Shown: piece by piece, positions 9,149 through 19,898 of the stretch
How the letters are laid out: every line of letters starts with the position of its first letter
How positions within the stretch are numbered: position 1 is the first letter of the stretch
Origin: Cyanobium sp.
Lineage (GTDB): Bacteria; Cyanobacteriota; Cyanobacteriia; PCC-6307; Cyanobiaceae
Assembly: GCA_044371095.1 (NCBI GenBank)
Contig: JBILUH010000002.1
Span: 18,227-82,226, forward strand
Reading direction: 5' to 3'
Length of the DNA: 64,000 nt
Translations under genes and position numbers: made by a program
The notes under the pieces: generated by a model
Told to the model about the DNA's origin: nothing
Databases searched by the model: none
Seen by the model: only the letters and a program-made list of their open reading frames with translations

Positions 9149-11029
9149 ATGAGCCCAAGATTTGATCGCCGTCCCGAGAAGCGGACGGGGGCCGGCGGCC
9201 GCGGGGCTGGACGCCCGCCCCGTTTCAGCGGTCCCAAGCCGGAATGGCGCCGGGACGGAGCTGGTGAGGGCCGAGAGGGATCGCGTGATGCGCGGCGTGA
9301 GCCTGGGGCGCCGGCACCCCGTGGCGCGGCGCGCTTTCAGCCCCGGCGCGACAGCGGCGTCGAGCGCCCAGGCAGCCGGGGTGAGCGCCGTCCCTTCGAG
9401 CGTCGCGGCGACAGCGACCGTCCCTATGGGGACCGTCGGCCGGATCGTTTCTCAGCCGATCGCGGTGCTGCCGACAGCAAGCCCTATGACCGCCGGCCTG
9501 GCGGGCGCTTTGAAGGTCGCCCCCAGGGTCGCCGCCCCGAGCTGGGGCGGTCCGATGGCCGCCGTTTTGAAGGCGCTCGGCCAGAGGGTGATCGTTTTGA
9601 TGCGCGCCGTTCCGAGGGTGGCCGCTTCGAGGGACGTCGTTCTGACGGGGCACGGTTTGAAGGTGCACGGTCGGAAGGCGCCCGGTCTGATGGCAGACCG
9701 TCCTATGGCAGACCGTCTTTTGGCAGACCATCTGATGGCAGACGCTCTGAAGCAGGCAGATTTGACAGGGGACGATTCGAGGCTGGTCGTCCTTCGACGG
9801 GGCGCTTCTCGCCCAAGCCCCTGATTGTCGATGCCGATAGCCTCACCCCCAGTGGCGACGCTGAGCGCCACAGCGTCGACCCCAGCACCGACCTGATCTG
9901 GGGTCGCCATCCCGCCCAGGCGGCCCTCGAAAGTGGCCGCCCCATCCACCGCGTCTGGTGCACGCCGGAGATGCGGTTCAGTCCGAAGTTTCTCCAGTTG
10001 TTGCGTGAGGCGAAGTCCTCCGGAGTGCTGGTGGAGGAGGTCACCTGGGCGCGTCTGGGTCAGATCACCGGTGGCGCCGTGCACCAGGGCATCGCCCTCC
10101 AGACCGCTGCTGCGGAAACCCTGGATCTGCCGACCTTGCTCGAGGGGTGCGCCGCCATCGGCGAGCCGGCGCTGCTGATGGCGGTGGACGGCCTCACGGA
10201 TCCCCAGAATCTGGGGGCGATCGTGCGCAGCGCCGAGGCCCTTGGGGCCCATGGCCTGGTCCTGCCCCAGCGCCGCAGTGCCGGCCTCACCGGTTCGGTG
10301 GCCAAGGTGGCGGCCGGGGCCCTGGAGCACCTGCCCGTGGCTCGGGTCGTCAATCTCAACCGCGCCCTTGACACCCTGAAGCAGGAGGGCTATCGCGTGG
10401 TGGGCCTGGCTGCTGAGGGCACCGTCAGCCTGGAGGAGGCCGATCTGGAGGGTCCCCTCGTGATCGTCACCGGCTCGGAGGGCGATGGTCTTTCGATGCT
10501 CACCCGGCGCAACTGCGACCAGCTGGTGCGTATCCCGCTGCGCGGGGCCACCCCCAGCCTCAATGCCTCCGTGGCCACCGCACTGCTGCTCTATGAGGTG
10601 GCACGTCGCGGCTGGATGAAGGGGCTCCGTGGCTCCCAACCCGCACCGCGCCTGGTTCGCCCCCAGCTCCCTGCTCCAGCGGCGGCAGTCCCTGAGCCGG
10701 CCACCGAGGATGAGGGCTCCCTGGTCCTGGAGGAAGCTTCCATCCCAACAGAGGTGGTTGCTGCTGAAGAGCCCCCCGTTGCGGCCTGGATGCCTCCTGT
10801 GGATACGGCTCCCGATGACGAGGAGGCGCCCGTGGCGGATGCCGAGCCGGCGTTCACGGAGGCGCCAGTGGTGGCAGATGCCGCAATCAATGGGACCGCC
10901 GCCGCAGATGCTCCCGCAGAGCTCAACGACAGCACCGCGCCCGTTGAGCCCCTTGCCAGCGAATCCACCCTTGACCTGGGCCTGACCCCGGCAACTCCTG
11001 CCGGCTTCCATGGGGACATCCAGCTGTGA
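9149..11029 (+). CDS. rlmB: 23S rRNA (guanosine-2'-O-)-methyltransferase RlmB-like, with long disordered N- and C-terminal extensions
   Basis: SpoU/TrmH core with DPQNLGAIVRSAEALGAHG, IVTGSEGDGLS and IPLRGATPSLNASVA. An RG/RS/E-rich region of about 245 aa precedes it, and an acidic P/A/E-rich tail of about 130 aa follows. Confidence 0.85.
   Translation: MSPRFDRRPEKRTGAGGRGAGRPPRFSGPKPEWRRDGAGEGREGSRDARREPGAPAPRGAARFQPRRDSGVERPGSRGERRPFERRGDSDRPYGDRRPDRFSADRGAADSKPYDRRPGGRFEGRPQGRRPELGRSDGRRFEGARPEGDRFDARRSEGGRFEGRRSDGARFEGARSEGARSDGRPSYGRPSFGRPSDGRRSEAGRFDRGRFEAGRPSTGRFSPKPLIVDADSLTPSGDAERHSVDPSTDLIWGRHPAQAALESGRPIHRVWCTPEMRFSPKFLQLLREAKSSGVLVEEVTWARLGQITGGAVHQGIALQTAAAETLDLPTLLEGCAAIGEPALLMAVDGLTDPQNLGAIVRSAEALGAHGLVLPQRRSAGLTGSVAKVAAGALEHLPVARVVNLNRALDTLKQEGYRVVGLAAEGTVSLEEADLEGPLVIVTGSEGDGLSMLTRRNCDQLVRIPLRGATPSLNASVATALLLYEVARRGWMKGLRGSQPAPRLVRPQLPAPAAAVPEPATEDEGSLVLEEASIPTEVVAAEEPPVAAWMPPVDTAPDDEEAPVADAEPAFTEAPVVADAAINGTAAADAPAELNDSTAPVEPLASESTLDLGLTPATPAGFHGDIQL
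9691..9750 (+). repeat. 15-bp in-frame tandem repeat (core of a longer degenerate array) inside rlmB
   Basis: Units are TGGCAGACCGTCCTA, TGGCAGACCGTCTTT, TGGCAGACCATCTGA and TGGCAGACGCTCTGA. They encode GRPSY, GRPSF, GRPSD and GRRSE. Degenerate 15-bp periodicity is visible from about 9600 to 9800. Confidence 0.9.
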
Positions 11030-11090
11030 TCCGCCTCGTACCTGCCGGCCCCGACGGCGGGCAGAATGGGCGTAATCCTGCCCCTGCTCC

Positions 11091-11330
11091 ATGAATCCCT
11101 TGCTGTGGCCCGTGCGCAGCTGCGCCAATGGTCTGGGCCTGGCTTGGTGGGCTCGGGTGGAAACCCGTTCACCCGATGCGGTCTATTGGTTCGGGCCGTT
11201 TGTGCGTCGCCGCACCCTCGAGGCCCATTTGCCGGCGTTCCTCGCCGACCTGCAGGCTGAATCGCCCGGATCCCTCGAGCATCAGCTCCTGCGCACCCGT
11301 CGGGGCGAGCCCCTCACCGAAGCCGGTTGA
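11091..11330 (+). CDS. conserved cyanobacterial protein (DUF1816-like)
   Basis: 79 aa. WWARVETRSPDAVYWFGPF...EAHLPAFLADL matches my recollection of the DUF1816 family. Confidence 0.55.
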   Translation: MNPLLWPVRSCANGLGLAWWARVETRSPDAVYWFGPFVRRRTLEAHLPAFLADLQAESPGSLEHQLLRTRRGEPLTEAG

Positions 11331-11374
11331 TCGGGGTCGGCTGATAGCGTCCAGACCAGCTGGCTAGCAGGTGA

Positions 11375-12859
11375 ATGGGGATCGCCGAATCACGGGAACA
11401 GGGGATCGCAGCATGGCGTGAACAACTGTGCAAGGGCGACATCTCGGCCCGGGAGCTCACCGATCACCATCTGGCCCGGATCGCAGCGGTCGACTCCACC
11501 GTTCACGCCTATCTCGAGGTCACCGCCGAGCGGGCTCGGGCCGATGCCGATCGCATTGATGCCCTGCGGGCTGCCGGCGAAGAGCTGCCCCCTCTAGCGG
11601 GGATTCCCCTGGCCATCAAGGACAACCTCTGCACCAAAGGGGTGACCACCACCTGCTCCAGCCGGATGCTGGAGCACTTTGTGCCCCCCTATGAGAGCAC
11701 CGTCACCGAGCGCCTCTGGCAGGCCGGTGGTGTGCTGCTTGGCAAAACCAACCTCGACGAGTTCGCCATGGGCAGCTCGACCGAGACCTCAGCCTTTGGT
11801 CCCAGCCGCAACCCCTGGAATCCGCAGAAAGTGCCCGGCGGCAGCTCCGGGGGCAGTGCGGCGGCGGTGGCTGCTGGTGAGTGCATGGTCTCCCTCGGCT
11901 CCGACACCGGTGGTTCGATCCGCCAGCCGGCCGCCTTTTGCGGCGTCGTCGGCCTCAAGCCCACCTACGGCCGCGTCAGCCGATACGGGTTGGTGGCCTT
12001 CGCCAGCTCCCTCGACCAGGTGGGCCCCTTCACCACCAGCGTGGCCGATGCGGCCGAATTGCTGCAGGTGATCGCCGGCGCCGACCCCCGCGATGCCACC
12101 TGTCTCCAGGCCCCCGTGCCCGATTACGTGGGAGCCCTCCAGCAGCCGGTGGCCGGCCTGAGGGTGGGCCTGGTGCGGGAGTGCTTCGAAGCTGAGGGCC
12201 TTGATCCACAGGTGAAGGCCTCCGTGCTGGCTGCTGCTGCGCAGCTGGAGGCCCTGGGCTGCGAGCTGGTCGACGTGAGCTGCCCCCGCTTCAACGACGG
12301 CATCGCAACCTATTACGTGATTGCGCCGTCGGAGGCCTCGGCCAATCTGGCCCGCTACGACGGCGTCAAATACGGCTACCGCGCGGCCGATGCGGCCAGC
12401 CTGGCGGAGATGACCGCCCGCAGCCGGGCTGAGGGCTTCGGTGATGAGGTGCAGCGCCGCATCCTGATCGGCACGTATGCCCTCTCGGCGGGGTACGTGG
12501 ACGCCTACTACAAGAAGGCCCAGCAGGTGCGCACCTTGATCCGTCACGATTTCGACCGGGCCTTTGCGTCGGTGGATGTGTTGCTGACCCCCACTTCCCC
12601 CACCACGGCCTTCGGCTTCGGCGCCCACAGCGACGATCCTCTGGCGATGTACCTGGCTGACCTGCTCACCATCCCCGCCAACATGGCCGGCCTACCGGCG
12701 ATCAATGTTCCCTGTGGCTTCGATCTCCAGGGCTTGCCGATCGGCTTGCAACTGATCACCGGCGTGCTCGAAGAGCCGCGTCTGTTGCAGGTGGCCCACC
12801 ACTACGAGCAGGCCGCCCGGGTGATGCAGAACCGTCCCGCGGCCGATCTGGTGCCCTAG
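11375..12859 (+). CDS. gatA: Glu-tRNA(Gln) amidotransferase subunit A
   Basis: 494 aa with the amidase signatures [12 protein letters not shown] and [12 protein letters not shown]. Confidence 0.92.
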   Translation: MGIAESREQGIAAWREQLCKGDISARELTDHHLARIAAVDSTVHAYLEVTAERARADADRIDALRAAGEELPPLAGIPLAIKDNLCTKGVTTTCSSRMLEHFVPPYESTVTERLWQAGGVLLGKTNLDEFAMGSSTETSAFGPSRNPWNPQKVPGGSSGGSAAAVAAGECMVSLGSDTGGSIRQPAAFCGVVGLKPTYGRVSRYGLVAFASSLDQVGPFTTSVADAAELLQVIAGADPRDATCLQAPVPDYVGALQQPVAGLRVGLVRECFEAEGLDPQVKASVLAAAAQLEALGCELVDVSCPRFNDGIATYYVIAPSEASANLARYDGVKYGYRAADAASLAEMTARSRAEGFGDEVQRRILIGTYALSAGYVDAYYKKAQQVRTLIRHDFDRAFASVDVLLTPTSPTTAFGFGAHSDDPLAMYLADLLTIPANMAGLPAINVPCGFDLQGLPIGLQLITGVLEEPRLLQVAHHYEQAARVMQNRPAADLVP

Positions 12860-12995
12860 CCGCCCTCCAGATTGGCTGCCCCAGGCGCACGCCAGATCTG
12901 GTGCCCATGGCCTGGGCAGGCCGAAGTTTCACGCTGGATCTTGCGTAGTCGCCTAACTTGGGTTTGCACCTGGTGCCCGCCGGCCGCTTCTGCCC

Positions 12996-15900
12996 TTGGC
13001 TTTCGTTCCGCTCCACAACCACAGCGACTACAGCCTCCTGGACGGGGCCAGTCAGCTGCCGGCCATGGTGGAGCGGGCAGTGGAGCTCGGCATGCCCGCC
13101 CTTGCTCTCACCGACCACGGTGTCATGTATGGCGCCATCGAGCTGCTGAAGCTCTGCACCAAGGCGGGGATCAAGCCGATCATCGGCAACGAGATGTACG
13201 TCATCAATGGCTCGATTGATGATCCCCAGCAGAAAAAGGAGAAGCGCTACCACCTGGTGGTGCTTGCCAAAAATGCGGTCGGCTATCGCAACCTGGTGAA
13301 GCTCACCAGCATCAGCCACCTGCGCGGCATGCGCGGCCGGGGCATTTTTGCCCGCGCCTGCATCGACAAGCAGCTGCTGGCGCAGTACAGCGAAGGTCTG
13401 ATCGTGGCCACCGCCTGCCTGGGCGGCGAGATTCCCCAGGCGATTCTGCGCGGCCGCCCCGAGGTGGCCCGGGACGTGGCCCGCTGGTACCAGCAGACCT
13501 TCGGCGACGACTTCTACCTGGAGATCCAGGACCATGGCGGCATCGAAGACCGCATCGTCAACTCCGAGATTGCCCGTATCGGCGACGAGCTGGGCATTGA
13601 GCTGATTGCCACCAACGACGCCCACTACCTCAGTGCCAACGACGTGGAGGCCCACGACGCCCTGTTGTGCGTGCTCACCGGCAAGCTGATCAGCGACGAA
13701 AAGCGTCTGCGCTACACGGGCACCGAATACATCAAGGGCGAAGCCGAGATGCTCGCCCTGTTCGGCGATCACCTGCCGCCAGCTGTTGTGGAGCGGGCTG
13801 TCGCCAACACCGTCAAGGTGGCTGAGAAGGTGGAGGCCTACGACATCCTGGGCCGCTACCAGATGCCGCGGTTCCCGATTCCCGAGGGCCATACGCCGGT
13901 GAGTTATCTCACCACGGTGGCCGAGCAGGGTCTACGGGATCGCTTGCACCTGGAGAGCGATGCGGCGTTTGAGCCGGAGTATGGCGAGCGGTTGGCCTTC
14001 GAGCTGCAGGTGATGGAGCAGATGGGCTTCCCCACCTACTTCCTGGTGGTGTGGGACTACATCCGCTTCGCCCGGGACAACGGCATCCCGGTGGGGCCGG
14101 GCCGGGGCTCGGCGGCCGGCTCCCTGGTGGCCTATGCCCTGGGCATCACGAATATCGATCCGGTCACCAACGGTCTGCTGTTCGAGCGCTTTCTCAATCC
14201 GGAGCGTAAGTCGATGCCGGATATTGACACCGACTTCTGCATCGAACGCCGCGGTGAGGTGATCGATTACGTCACCCAGCGCTATGGCGAAGCGAAGGTG
14301 GCCCAGATCATCACCTTCAACCGCATGACATCCAAGGCCGTGCTCAAGGATGTGGCGCGGGTGCTCGACATTCCCTATGGGGATGCCGACAGGCTGGCCA
14401 AGCTGATTCCGGTGGTGCGGGGCAAGCCCGCCAAGCTCAAGGAGATGATCGGCGAGGAGTCCCCGGCTCCAGAGTTTCGCGAGAAGTATCAGAAGGACCC
14501 CCAGGTGAAGCGCTGGGTGGACATGGCCATGCGCATCGAGGGCACCAACAAGACCTTCGGGGTGCACGCGGCCGGCGTGGTGATTGCGGCTGATCCGCTC
14601 GATGAGCTGGTGCCGCTGCAGCGCAACAACGATGGCCAGGTGATCACCCAATACTTCATGGAGGACGTGGAGTCGATGGGTCTGTTGAAGATGGACTTCC
14701 TCGGGCTCAAAAACCTCACCATGATCGACAAGACCGTCGATCTGGTCGAGCAGAGCAGTGGCATCAAGGTGGATCCCGACGAGCTGCCCCTCAACGATGA
14801 AGGCACCTATGCCCTGCTGGCTCGGGGCGATCTTGAAGGCATCTTCCAGCTTGAATCGAGTGGCATGCGCCAGATCGTGCGCGATCTCAAGCCCTCCTCC
14901 CTGGAAGACATCTCCTCGATCCTGGCGCTCTATCGACCGGGCCCGCTGGATGCCGGACTGATCCCCAAGTTCATCAACCGCAAACACGGTCGCGAAGCGA
15001 TCGATGTGGCCCATGAAAAGCTCCAGCCGATCCTGAAGGAGACCTACGGGATCATGGTCTACCAGGAGCAGATCATGAAGATCGCCCAGGATCTCGCCGG
15101 CTATTCCCTGGGGGAGGCGGATCTATTGCGGCGAGCGATGGGCAAGAAGAAGAAGAGTGAAATGGAGAAACACCAGAGCATCTTCGTGAGCGGCGCCACC
15201 GAGCGTGGTGTCGACCCGAAGATCGCGGAGGGTTTGTTCGAACAGATGGTGCTGTTCGCCGAATACTGCTTCAACAAGAGCCATTCCACGGCCTACGGCG
15301 CCGTCACCTACCAAACCGCCTATCTCAAGGCCCACTATCCGGTCGCCTACATGGCGGCGCTGCTCACCGTCAACGCCGGTGACTCGGCCAAGGTGCAGCG
15401 CTACATCGCCAACTGCAATGCCATGGGCATTGAGGTGATGCCGCCGGATGTGAATGCCTCCGGCATCGACTTCACACCCGTGGGCGACCGCATCCTGTTC
15501 GGACTCTCCGCCGTACGCAATCTGGGCGATGGTGCGATCCGTCAGTTGATCGAGTGCCGGGGCAACGATGGCCCCTATGCATCTCTGGCTGAGCTCTGCG
15601 ATCGGATCCCCGGTCAGCAGCTCAATCGCCGAGCCCTGGAGGCCCTGATCCACTCGGGTGCCCTCGATGCCCTTGAGCCCAAGGCCAACCGGGCCCAGCT
15701 CATGGCGAATCTTGAACTGGTGATCGACTGGGCCAGCTCCCGCGCCAAGGATCGGGCCAGTGGTCAGGGCAATCTGTTTGACCTCTTCGGGGCCGCCGCT
15801 GGGGCCGACTCCGCTGCGGCTGGCGCGGCTGACCTCAGCACGGCCCCCAAGGCCGCCCCGGTGTCTGATTACCCCCCCACCGAGAAACTGCGGCTGGAGA

Positions 15901-16526
15901 AGGAACTGGTCGGTTTCTACCTCTCGGATCACCCCCTCAAGCAGCTGGCCCACCAGGTGAAGCTGCTCTCACCGATTGCCCTCGGCAGCCTGGAGGAGAC
16001 GGCCGATAAGGCCAAGGTGAGTGCCGTGGTGATGGTTTCGGAGTTGCGCCAGGTGACCACTCGCAAGGGCGATCGCATGGCCGTGCTGCTCCTGGAGGAT
16101 CTCACCGGCAGCTGCGAAGCCGTCGTGTTTCCCAAGAGCTATGCCCGCCTGGCTGATCACCTGATGGTGGATGCCCGTCTACTGGTGTGGGCTTCGGTCG
16201 ACCGCCGCGATGACCGGGTGCAACTGATCGTCGACGACTGCCGCTCGATCGACGATCTCCAGCTGCTGATGGTGGATCTGCCGGCCGATCAGGCTGCCGA
16301 CATCGCCATTCAGCACCGCCTGCGGGAATGCCTGCACCGTCACAAGCCACCCCTGGAGGAGGCTGGGTTGCGGGTGCCGGTGGTGGCTCTGGTTCGCCAG
16401 GCCGATCAGACCCGGTTCGTGCGGCTCGGGCCTCAGTTTTGTGTCGGCGATGTGGCAGCTGCCCTCGACACGCTCACCGCAGCCGACTTCCGCGCCCGTA
16501 TCAGCTCACCGATTCTGGTTGCCTGA
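12996..16526 (+). CDS. dnaE: DNA polymerase III alpha subunit (uninterrupted, not intein-split)
   Basis: 1176 aa with the PHP motif [15 protein letters not shown], a polymerase core and an OB-fold C-terminus. It uses a TTG start. Confidence 0.95.
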   Translation: MAFVPLHNHSDYSLLDGASQLPAMVERAVELGMPALALTDHGVMYGAIELLKLCTKAGIKPIIGNEMYVINGSIDDPQQKKEKRYHLVVLAKNAVGYRNLVKLTSISHLRGMRGRGIFARACIDKQLLAQYSEGLIVATACLGGEIPQAILRGRPEVARDVARWYQQTFGDDFYLEIQDHGGIEDRIVNSEIARIGDELGIELIATNDAHYLSANDVEAHDALLCVLTGKLISDEKRLRYTGTEYIKGEAEMLALFGDHLPPAVVERAVANTVKVAEKVEAYDILGRYQMPRFPIPEGHTPVSYLTTVAEQGLRDRLHLESDAAFEPEYGERLAFELQVMEQMGFPTYFLVVWDYIRFARDNGIPVGPGRGSAAGSLVAYALGITNIDPVTNGLLFERFLNPERKSMPDIDTDFCIERRGEVIDYVTQRYGEAKVAQIITFNRMTSKAVLKDVARVLDIPYGDADRLAKLIPVVRGKPAKLKEMIGEESPAPEFREKYQKDPQVKRWVDMAMRIEGTNKTFGVHAAGVVIAADPLDELVPLQRNNDGQVITQYFMEDVESMGLLKMDFLGLKNLTMIDKTVDLVEQSSGIKVDPDELPLNDEGTYALLARGDLEGIFQLESSGMRQIVRDLKPSSLEDISSILALYRPGPLDAGLIPKFINRKHGREAIDVAHEKLQPILKETYGIMVYQEQIMKIAQDLAGYSLGEADLLRRAMGKKKKSEMEKHQSIFVSGATERGVDPKIAEGLFEQMVLFAEYCFNKSHSTAYGAVTYQTAYLKAHYPVAYMAALLTVNAGDSAKVQRYIANCNAMGIEVMPPDVNASGIDFTPVGDRILFGLSAVRNLGDGAIRQLIECRGNDGPYASLAELCDRIPGQQLNRRALEALIHSGALDALEPKANRAQLMANLELVIDWASSRAKDRASGQGNLFDLFGAAAGADSAAAGAADLSTAPKAAPVSDYPPTEKLRLEKELVGFYLSDHPLKQLAHQVKLLSPIALGSLEETADKAKVSAVVMVSELRQVTTRKGDRMAVLLLEDLTGSCEAVVFPKSYARLADHLMVDARLLVWASVDRRDDRVQLIVDDCRSIDDLQLLMVDLPADQAADIAIQHRLRECLHRHKPPLEEAGLRVPVVALVRQADQTRFVRLGPQFCVGDVAAALDTLTAADFRARISSPILVA

Positions 16527-16964
16527 GCTGGGCGGTTGCTGGGCATTGCTGCCGGCGCGCATGCTCCGAATCGAGCTGCGCAGCCGGCTGATGTTCACGC
16601 CGATCTGCTCTGTACCCAACAAGCTGCCGGGTTGGTCTTCCCAGCTGGCTGAGAGCACGCCGAAGCTGAGACCGAGCAGGCCCAGAAAAAAACAGGCCCC
16701 CGATGCCGCCAAGGTGGCACCGGAGGGAATGTCGGCGATCTCACGGCTCACCAGCAGGTAACTGCCGACAAACACCCCCATGCCCATCAGGGTGGGAATG
16801 CCGGTGCCGATGGCGATGCGTCGGGCCATGCGGTTGGCCACCGCATCCGGAATCACCTGCTGCCCCCTGGTGGCCGGACGGCCCTGCTTGCCGGAGGGTT
16901 GTCCAGCGGGCTGACGCGAGCGTTTGCCGGCTGGAACTCGGCCCTGAATTCCCTTGCCGGCCAT
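16506..16964 (-). CDS. PAM68-like (DUF3464) thylakoid membrane protein
   Basis: 152 aa with a basic N-terminus followed by two TM helices ([23 protein letters not shown] and [18 protein letters not shown]). It lies 14 nt downstream of rpsO. The family name is from memory. Confidence 0.6.
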   Translation of the reverse strand: MAGKGIQGRVPAGKRSRQPAGQPSGKQGRPATRGQQVIPDAVANRMARRIAIGTGIPTLMGMGVFVGSYLLVSREIADIPSGATLAASGACFFLGLLGLSFGVLSASWEDQPGSLLGTEQIGVNISRLRSSIRSMRAGSNAQQPPSSGNQNR

Positions 16965-16977
16965 GAACGCGCTCCGT

Positions 16978-17247
16978 TTAGCCGCGGATGCCGAGCTTGG
17001 CGATCAGGGCGCTGTAGCGCTCCTTGCTGATGCCGTTGAGGTAGCTGAGCAGCCGCTTGCGGCGACCGATCATCTTCAACAAACCCTGGCGCGAAGAAAA
17101 GTCGTGCTTGTTCTTCTGGAGATGGCCGGTCAGCTGGCTGATCCGCTCACTGAGCATGGCCACCTGAACTTCGACCGAACCGGTGTCGGTGCCATGGGTC
17201 TGGTGACCGTTGATCAGTTCCTGCTTTTTGGTGGTGGTGAGCGGCAT
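16978..17247 (-). CDS. rpsO: 30S ribosomal protein S15
   Basis: The last 89 aa of the track ORF read [12 protein letters not shown]...[46 protein letters not shown]. Confidence 0.92.
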   Translation of the reverse strand: MPLTTTKKQELINGHQTHGTDTGSVEVQVAMLSERISQLTGHLQKNKHDFSSRQGLLKMIGRRKRLLSYLNGISKERYSALIAKLGIRG

Positions 17248-17339
17248 GGGCTGGGGAGTAAAGCGCAGGCTGGGCCCGGGCTGGGGACCTACGTTGCAAG
17301 TACCCACCATACCGCCCAGGGGTCTGGGCAGCCGCTGCC

Positions 17340-17987
17340 TCAGGCCACCTGGCGAGATAGCCAGCGCAGGCATTCGCGGATCCAATCGTCTGCCCCAGCG
17401 TCTTCCCCCAGGCCGCCAGTGGCCACGGCCCGCAGGGCCCGGTGAATTTCCAGGGCCTCATAGCCCAGGGCCGCCAGGGTCAGCTGCACCTCATCCCGGC
17501 CTGCCGCAGGCAGCAGGGGGCCATCCCCCAGGAGGTCAGTGTCGTCCTGCCCGTCCAGTTGCCCCAGGAAGCGCTGTTGCAGCCGGGTGCGCAGTTCCAC
17601 CGCCAGTCGCTCCGCGGTGCGTTTGCCCACGCCCGGAGCCTGGCAAAGCCTGCGTAGATCGGCCTGAACGATCGCCTGCACCAACGCGCCCGGATCCATC
17701 ACGCCGAGCAACCCCAGCCCCATCTGGGGTCCCACGCCACTGACGGCGACCAGTTCCCGGAACAGATCCCGCTCATGGCGTTCACCGAAGCCGTAGAGGA
17801 TCCAGGCGTCGTCGCGGATGGCGTGGTGGATATGCAGGCTCACGGCGTTGCCCTCCGCAGGCAGCTGCTGCCATTGGCGTTGGCTCACCTGAACGTCGTA
17901 GCCCACGCCCTGGCAGACCAGCATCAGGCCGAAGCGTTTGTCCTGCTGCCAGGGATGGGTGAGTTGCCCTTGCAGCCAGCCGATCAT
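17340..17987 (-). CDS. ruvA: Holliday junction branch-migration complex subunit RuvA
   Basis: 215 aa starting MIGWLQG, with the HhH motif [15 protein letters not shown]. Confidence 0.9.
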   Translation of the reverse strand: MIGWLQGQLTHPWQQDKRFGLMLVCQGVGYDVQVSQRQWQQLPAEGNAVSLHIHHAIRDDAWILYGFGERHERDLFRELVAVSGVGPQMGLGLLGVMDPGALVQAIVQADLRRLCQAPGVGKRTAERLAVELRTRLQQRFLGQLDGQDDTDLLGDGPLLPAAGRDEVQLTLAALGYEALEIHRALRAVATGGLGEDAGADDWIRECLRWLSRQVA

Positions 17988-18065
17988 GGGAGCAGTGAAA
18001 GGTTCCCCATCGTGCCCGCCCTGCCCAGCCGTGCCCAGGCCTCACCGCCCGGAATTCTGCTGCCC

Positions 18066-18530
18066 GTGATTCCGTCCTGGTGGCAGTCCCGCCGACTGCT
18101 CGCTTGGTTGCTGCCGCTGGTGCTGGTGGTCTGCACCGCGCTGACCGGTTGCGGTGGTGTCGCTCAGCCACCGCGCTCGGTATTGCTGCAGGCCCTTGCG
18201 TTGCAGATCCAGCTCACCCAGGGAGCTATCGCTGAGGCCCTCGCTCTGGAGGCCGGGGGTACCCCGGAGGTGAGTCGGGTGCGGGTGGCGGAGCAGGAGG
18301 CGGTGCGGATCGGCGATGCCAAGGGCCTGCGGGTGCTTGGTCAGTTCGACTGGCGCCTGGACGGTGATCCGATTCGGGTCGACAGCCCCTTTGAGCTTTA
18401 CCTCCAGCGGGGGGAACGGGGCCAGAGCTGGCGCCTGGCCAGGCCCAGCGGCCTGGCCGCCGATGGCGTCTCAGGCGACGATGCCAGCGTGCAGGCCTGG
18501 ATCACCGACCCTCTGCCGCTCAAGGGCTGA
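18066..18530 (+). CDS. putative lipoprotein
   Basis: A GTG start gives IPSWWQSRRLLAWLLPLVLVVCTALTGCGG, a signal peptide plus the lipobox LTGC. The upstream part of track ORF 17775-18530 is antisense to ruvA. Confidence 0.6.
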   Translation: MIPSWWQSRRLLAWLLPLVLVVCTALTGCGGVAQPPRSVLLQALALQIQLTQGAIAEALALEAGGTPEVSRVRVAEQEAVRIGDAKGLRVLGQFDWRLDGDPIRVDSPFELYLQRGERGQSWRLARPSGLAADGVSGDDASVQAWITDPLPLKG

Positions 18531-18569
18531 GCACGCATCAGGCTCTTTTCCTTCGTCACCCGCCCATCT

Positions 18570-19028
18570 TTGTCACCCGCCAGCATGGATACCCCCGCAC
18601 CGCCCTGGTTGCCTGAGGCCGTTGCCCGCACCTACCCCGGCTGGGTGCAGCGCAAGGCCGTCACCCTCTGCAAGCGGGACCAGAAGCGCGGAGGAAACGG
18701 CAATGTGCAGGACTACCGCCTGGCCATTCACCAGGCCGTCCTGGCCTCAGCAGGCCTGGACCACTGGACCGGTGAGCCGCTCGACTGGCACTTGATCGGC
18801 ACCTACGACAACAGGGAGGCAGCAACCGGCAAGGGCGAACACAAGAAGCAGTACGCCCTGCTGCCCACGCCTAGCCAACCCTCGGGCAGCCCGGAGCCCG
18901 CTTTTGTCATCTGCGCGTGGCGCACCAACGACGCCAAGCACGACATGACGCCGGAGGAGCTCCTGACGTTCTGCCGCCGGGTGGTGGCTCACGCTGAGCG
19001 GATCAGCGCGCCCGCTGGCGGTGACTGA
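18570..19028 (+). CDS. hypothetical protein, possibly a degenerate HNH-like nuclease fold
   Basis: 152-aa ORF containing LDHWTGEPLDWHLIGTYDN...ALLPT...FVICAWRTNDAKHDMTPEE. This reminds me of small HNH-type proteins, but the expected DH dipeptide after LLPT is absent. Confidence 0.45.
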   Translation: MSPASMDTPAPPWLPEAVARTYPGWVQRKAVTLCKRDQKRGGNGNVQDYRLAIHQAVLASAGLDHWTGEPLDWHLIGTYDNREAATGKGEHKKQYALLPTPSQPSGSPEPAFVICAWRTNDAKHDMTPEELLTFCRRVVAHAERISAPAGGD

Positions 19029-19881
19029 GGCTGACCAGTGTTGCGGCCAGCACCAGGGCCGCCCCGGCGATGGTCCAGGTGTCGATCGCTTCGCCGAACA
19101 GCAGCCAGCCCCAGCCCCCCGCAAACACCACCTGCACGTAGCTGATCGCCGTCGCCCGCGCCGCCGGAAGCGCCATCAGGCTGCGGGTCAGGTACACCTG
19201 GCCCAGCTGGGTGAACAGCCCCACGCCGATCAGCCAGAGCAGCTCCATCGGCGTGGGCAGCACCGGATGGAGCGCCACCAGCGGCAGGCTCAGGGGCAGT
19301 GCCACCAGGGGGAAGTAGAAGACGATCACCAGCGGGTGCTCGCTCTGCCCCAGGGAGCGGACACTGACATACGCCAGGGCCGTGAACAGGGCACCCGCAA
19401 CGGCGATCAGCACCGGTTGCCAGGCCAGGGCCATGCTGCCGCCGGGCTGTGCCACCAGCAGCACCCCCAGCCAGCCCAGGGCCATGGCGGCCACCACCCG
19501 CTTGCCGATGCGCTCGCCCAGCATCAGCCAGGCCAGCAGAGCTGTGAACGGCGGGTAGAGGTACTGCAGCACCGTGGCTGAGGCCAGCGGCAGGGCTGCG
19601 AGGGCCGCATAGACGCAGAGCAGGGCGGCGGTGCCGATCACCCCGCGCCAGATCAGCAACCATCGGCGCCGGCCCCAGGGGGGAATGCCGGCCCGGCGCA
19701 GCATCCACCAGCTCAGGGCCACACTCACAATGGCCCGGGCCAGCACCACCTCGGCGGCGGGAATCCTGCCCCCCACCTGTTTCACGCACACACCCATCAG
19801 CGAAAAACTCAGGGCGCTGGCCACCATTCCGAGCATGGCCCGCCGGCCCCGGTCAGAATCGTTCATCGCTTCAGCGCCCAC
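19003..19881 (-). CDS. EamA/DMT-family transporter
   Basis: 292 aa with about 10 TM helices and a duplicated EamA-type architecture. An alternative start is ATG 19866. Confidence 0.85.
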   Translation of the reverse strand: MGAEAMNDSDRGRRAMLGMVASALSFSLMGVCVKQVGGRIPAAEVVLARAIVSVALSWWMLRRAGIPPWGRRRWLLIWRGVIGTAALLCVYAALAALPLASATVLQYLYPPFTALLAWLMLGERIGKRVVAAMALGWLGVLLVAQPGGSMALAWQPVLIAVAGALFTALAYVSVRSLGQSEHPLVIVFYFPLVALPLSLPLVALHPVLPTPMELLWLIGVGLFTQLGQVYLTRSLMALPAARATAISYVQVVFAGGWGWLLFGEAIDTWTIAGAALVLAATLVSLSHRQRAR

Positions 19882-19898
19882 CGCCGCCCCCCATCGCC

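Noticed and set aside
9452-11128. 558-aa minus-strand ORF
   Set aside because: It is antisense to rlmB and has shadow-ORF composition.
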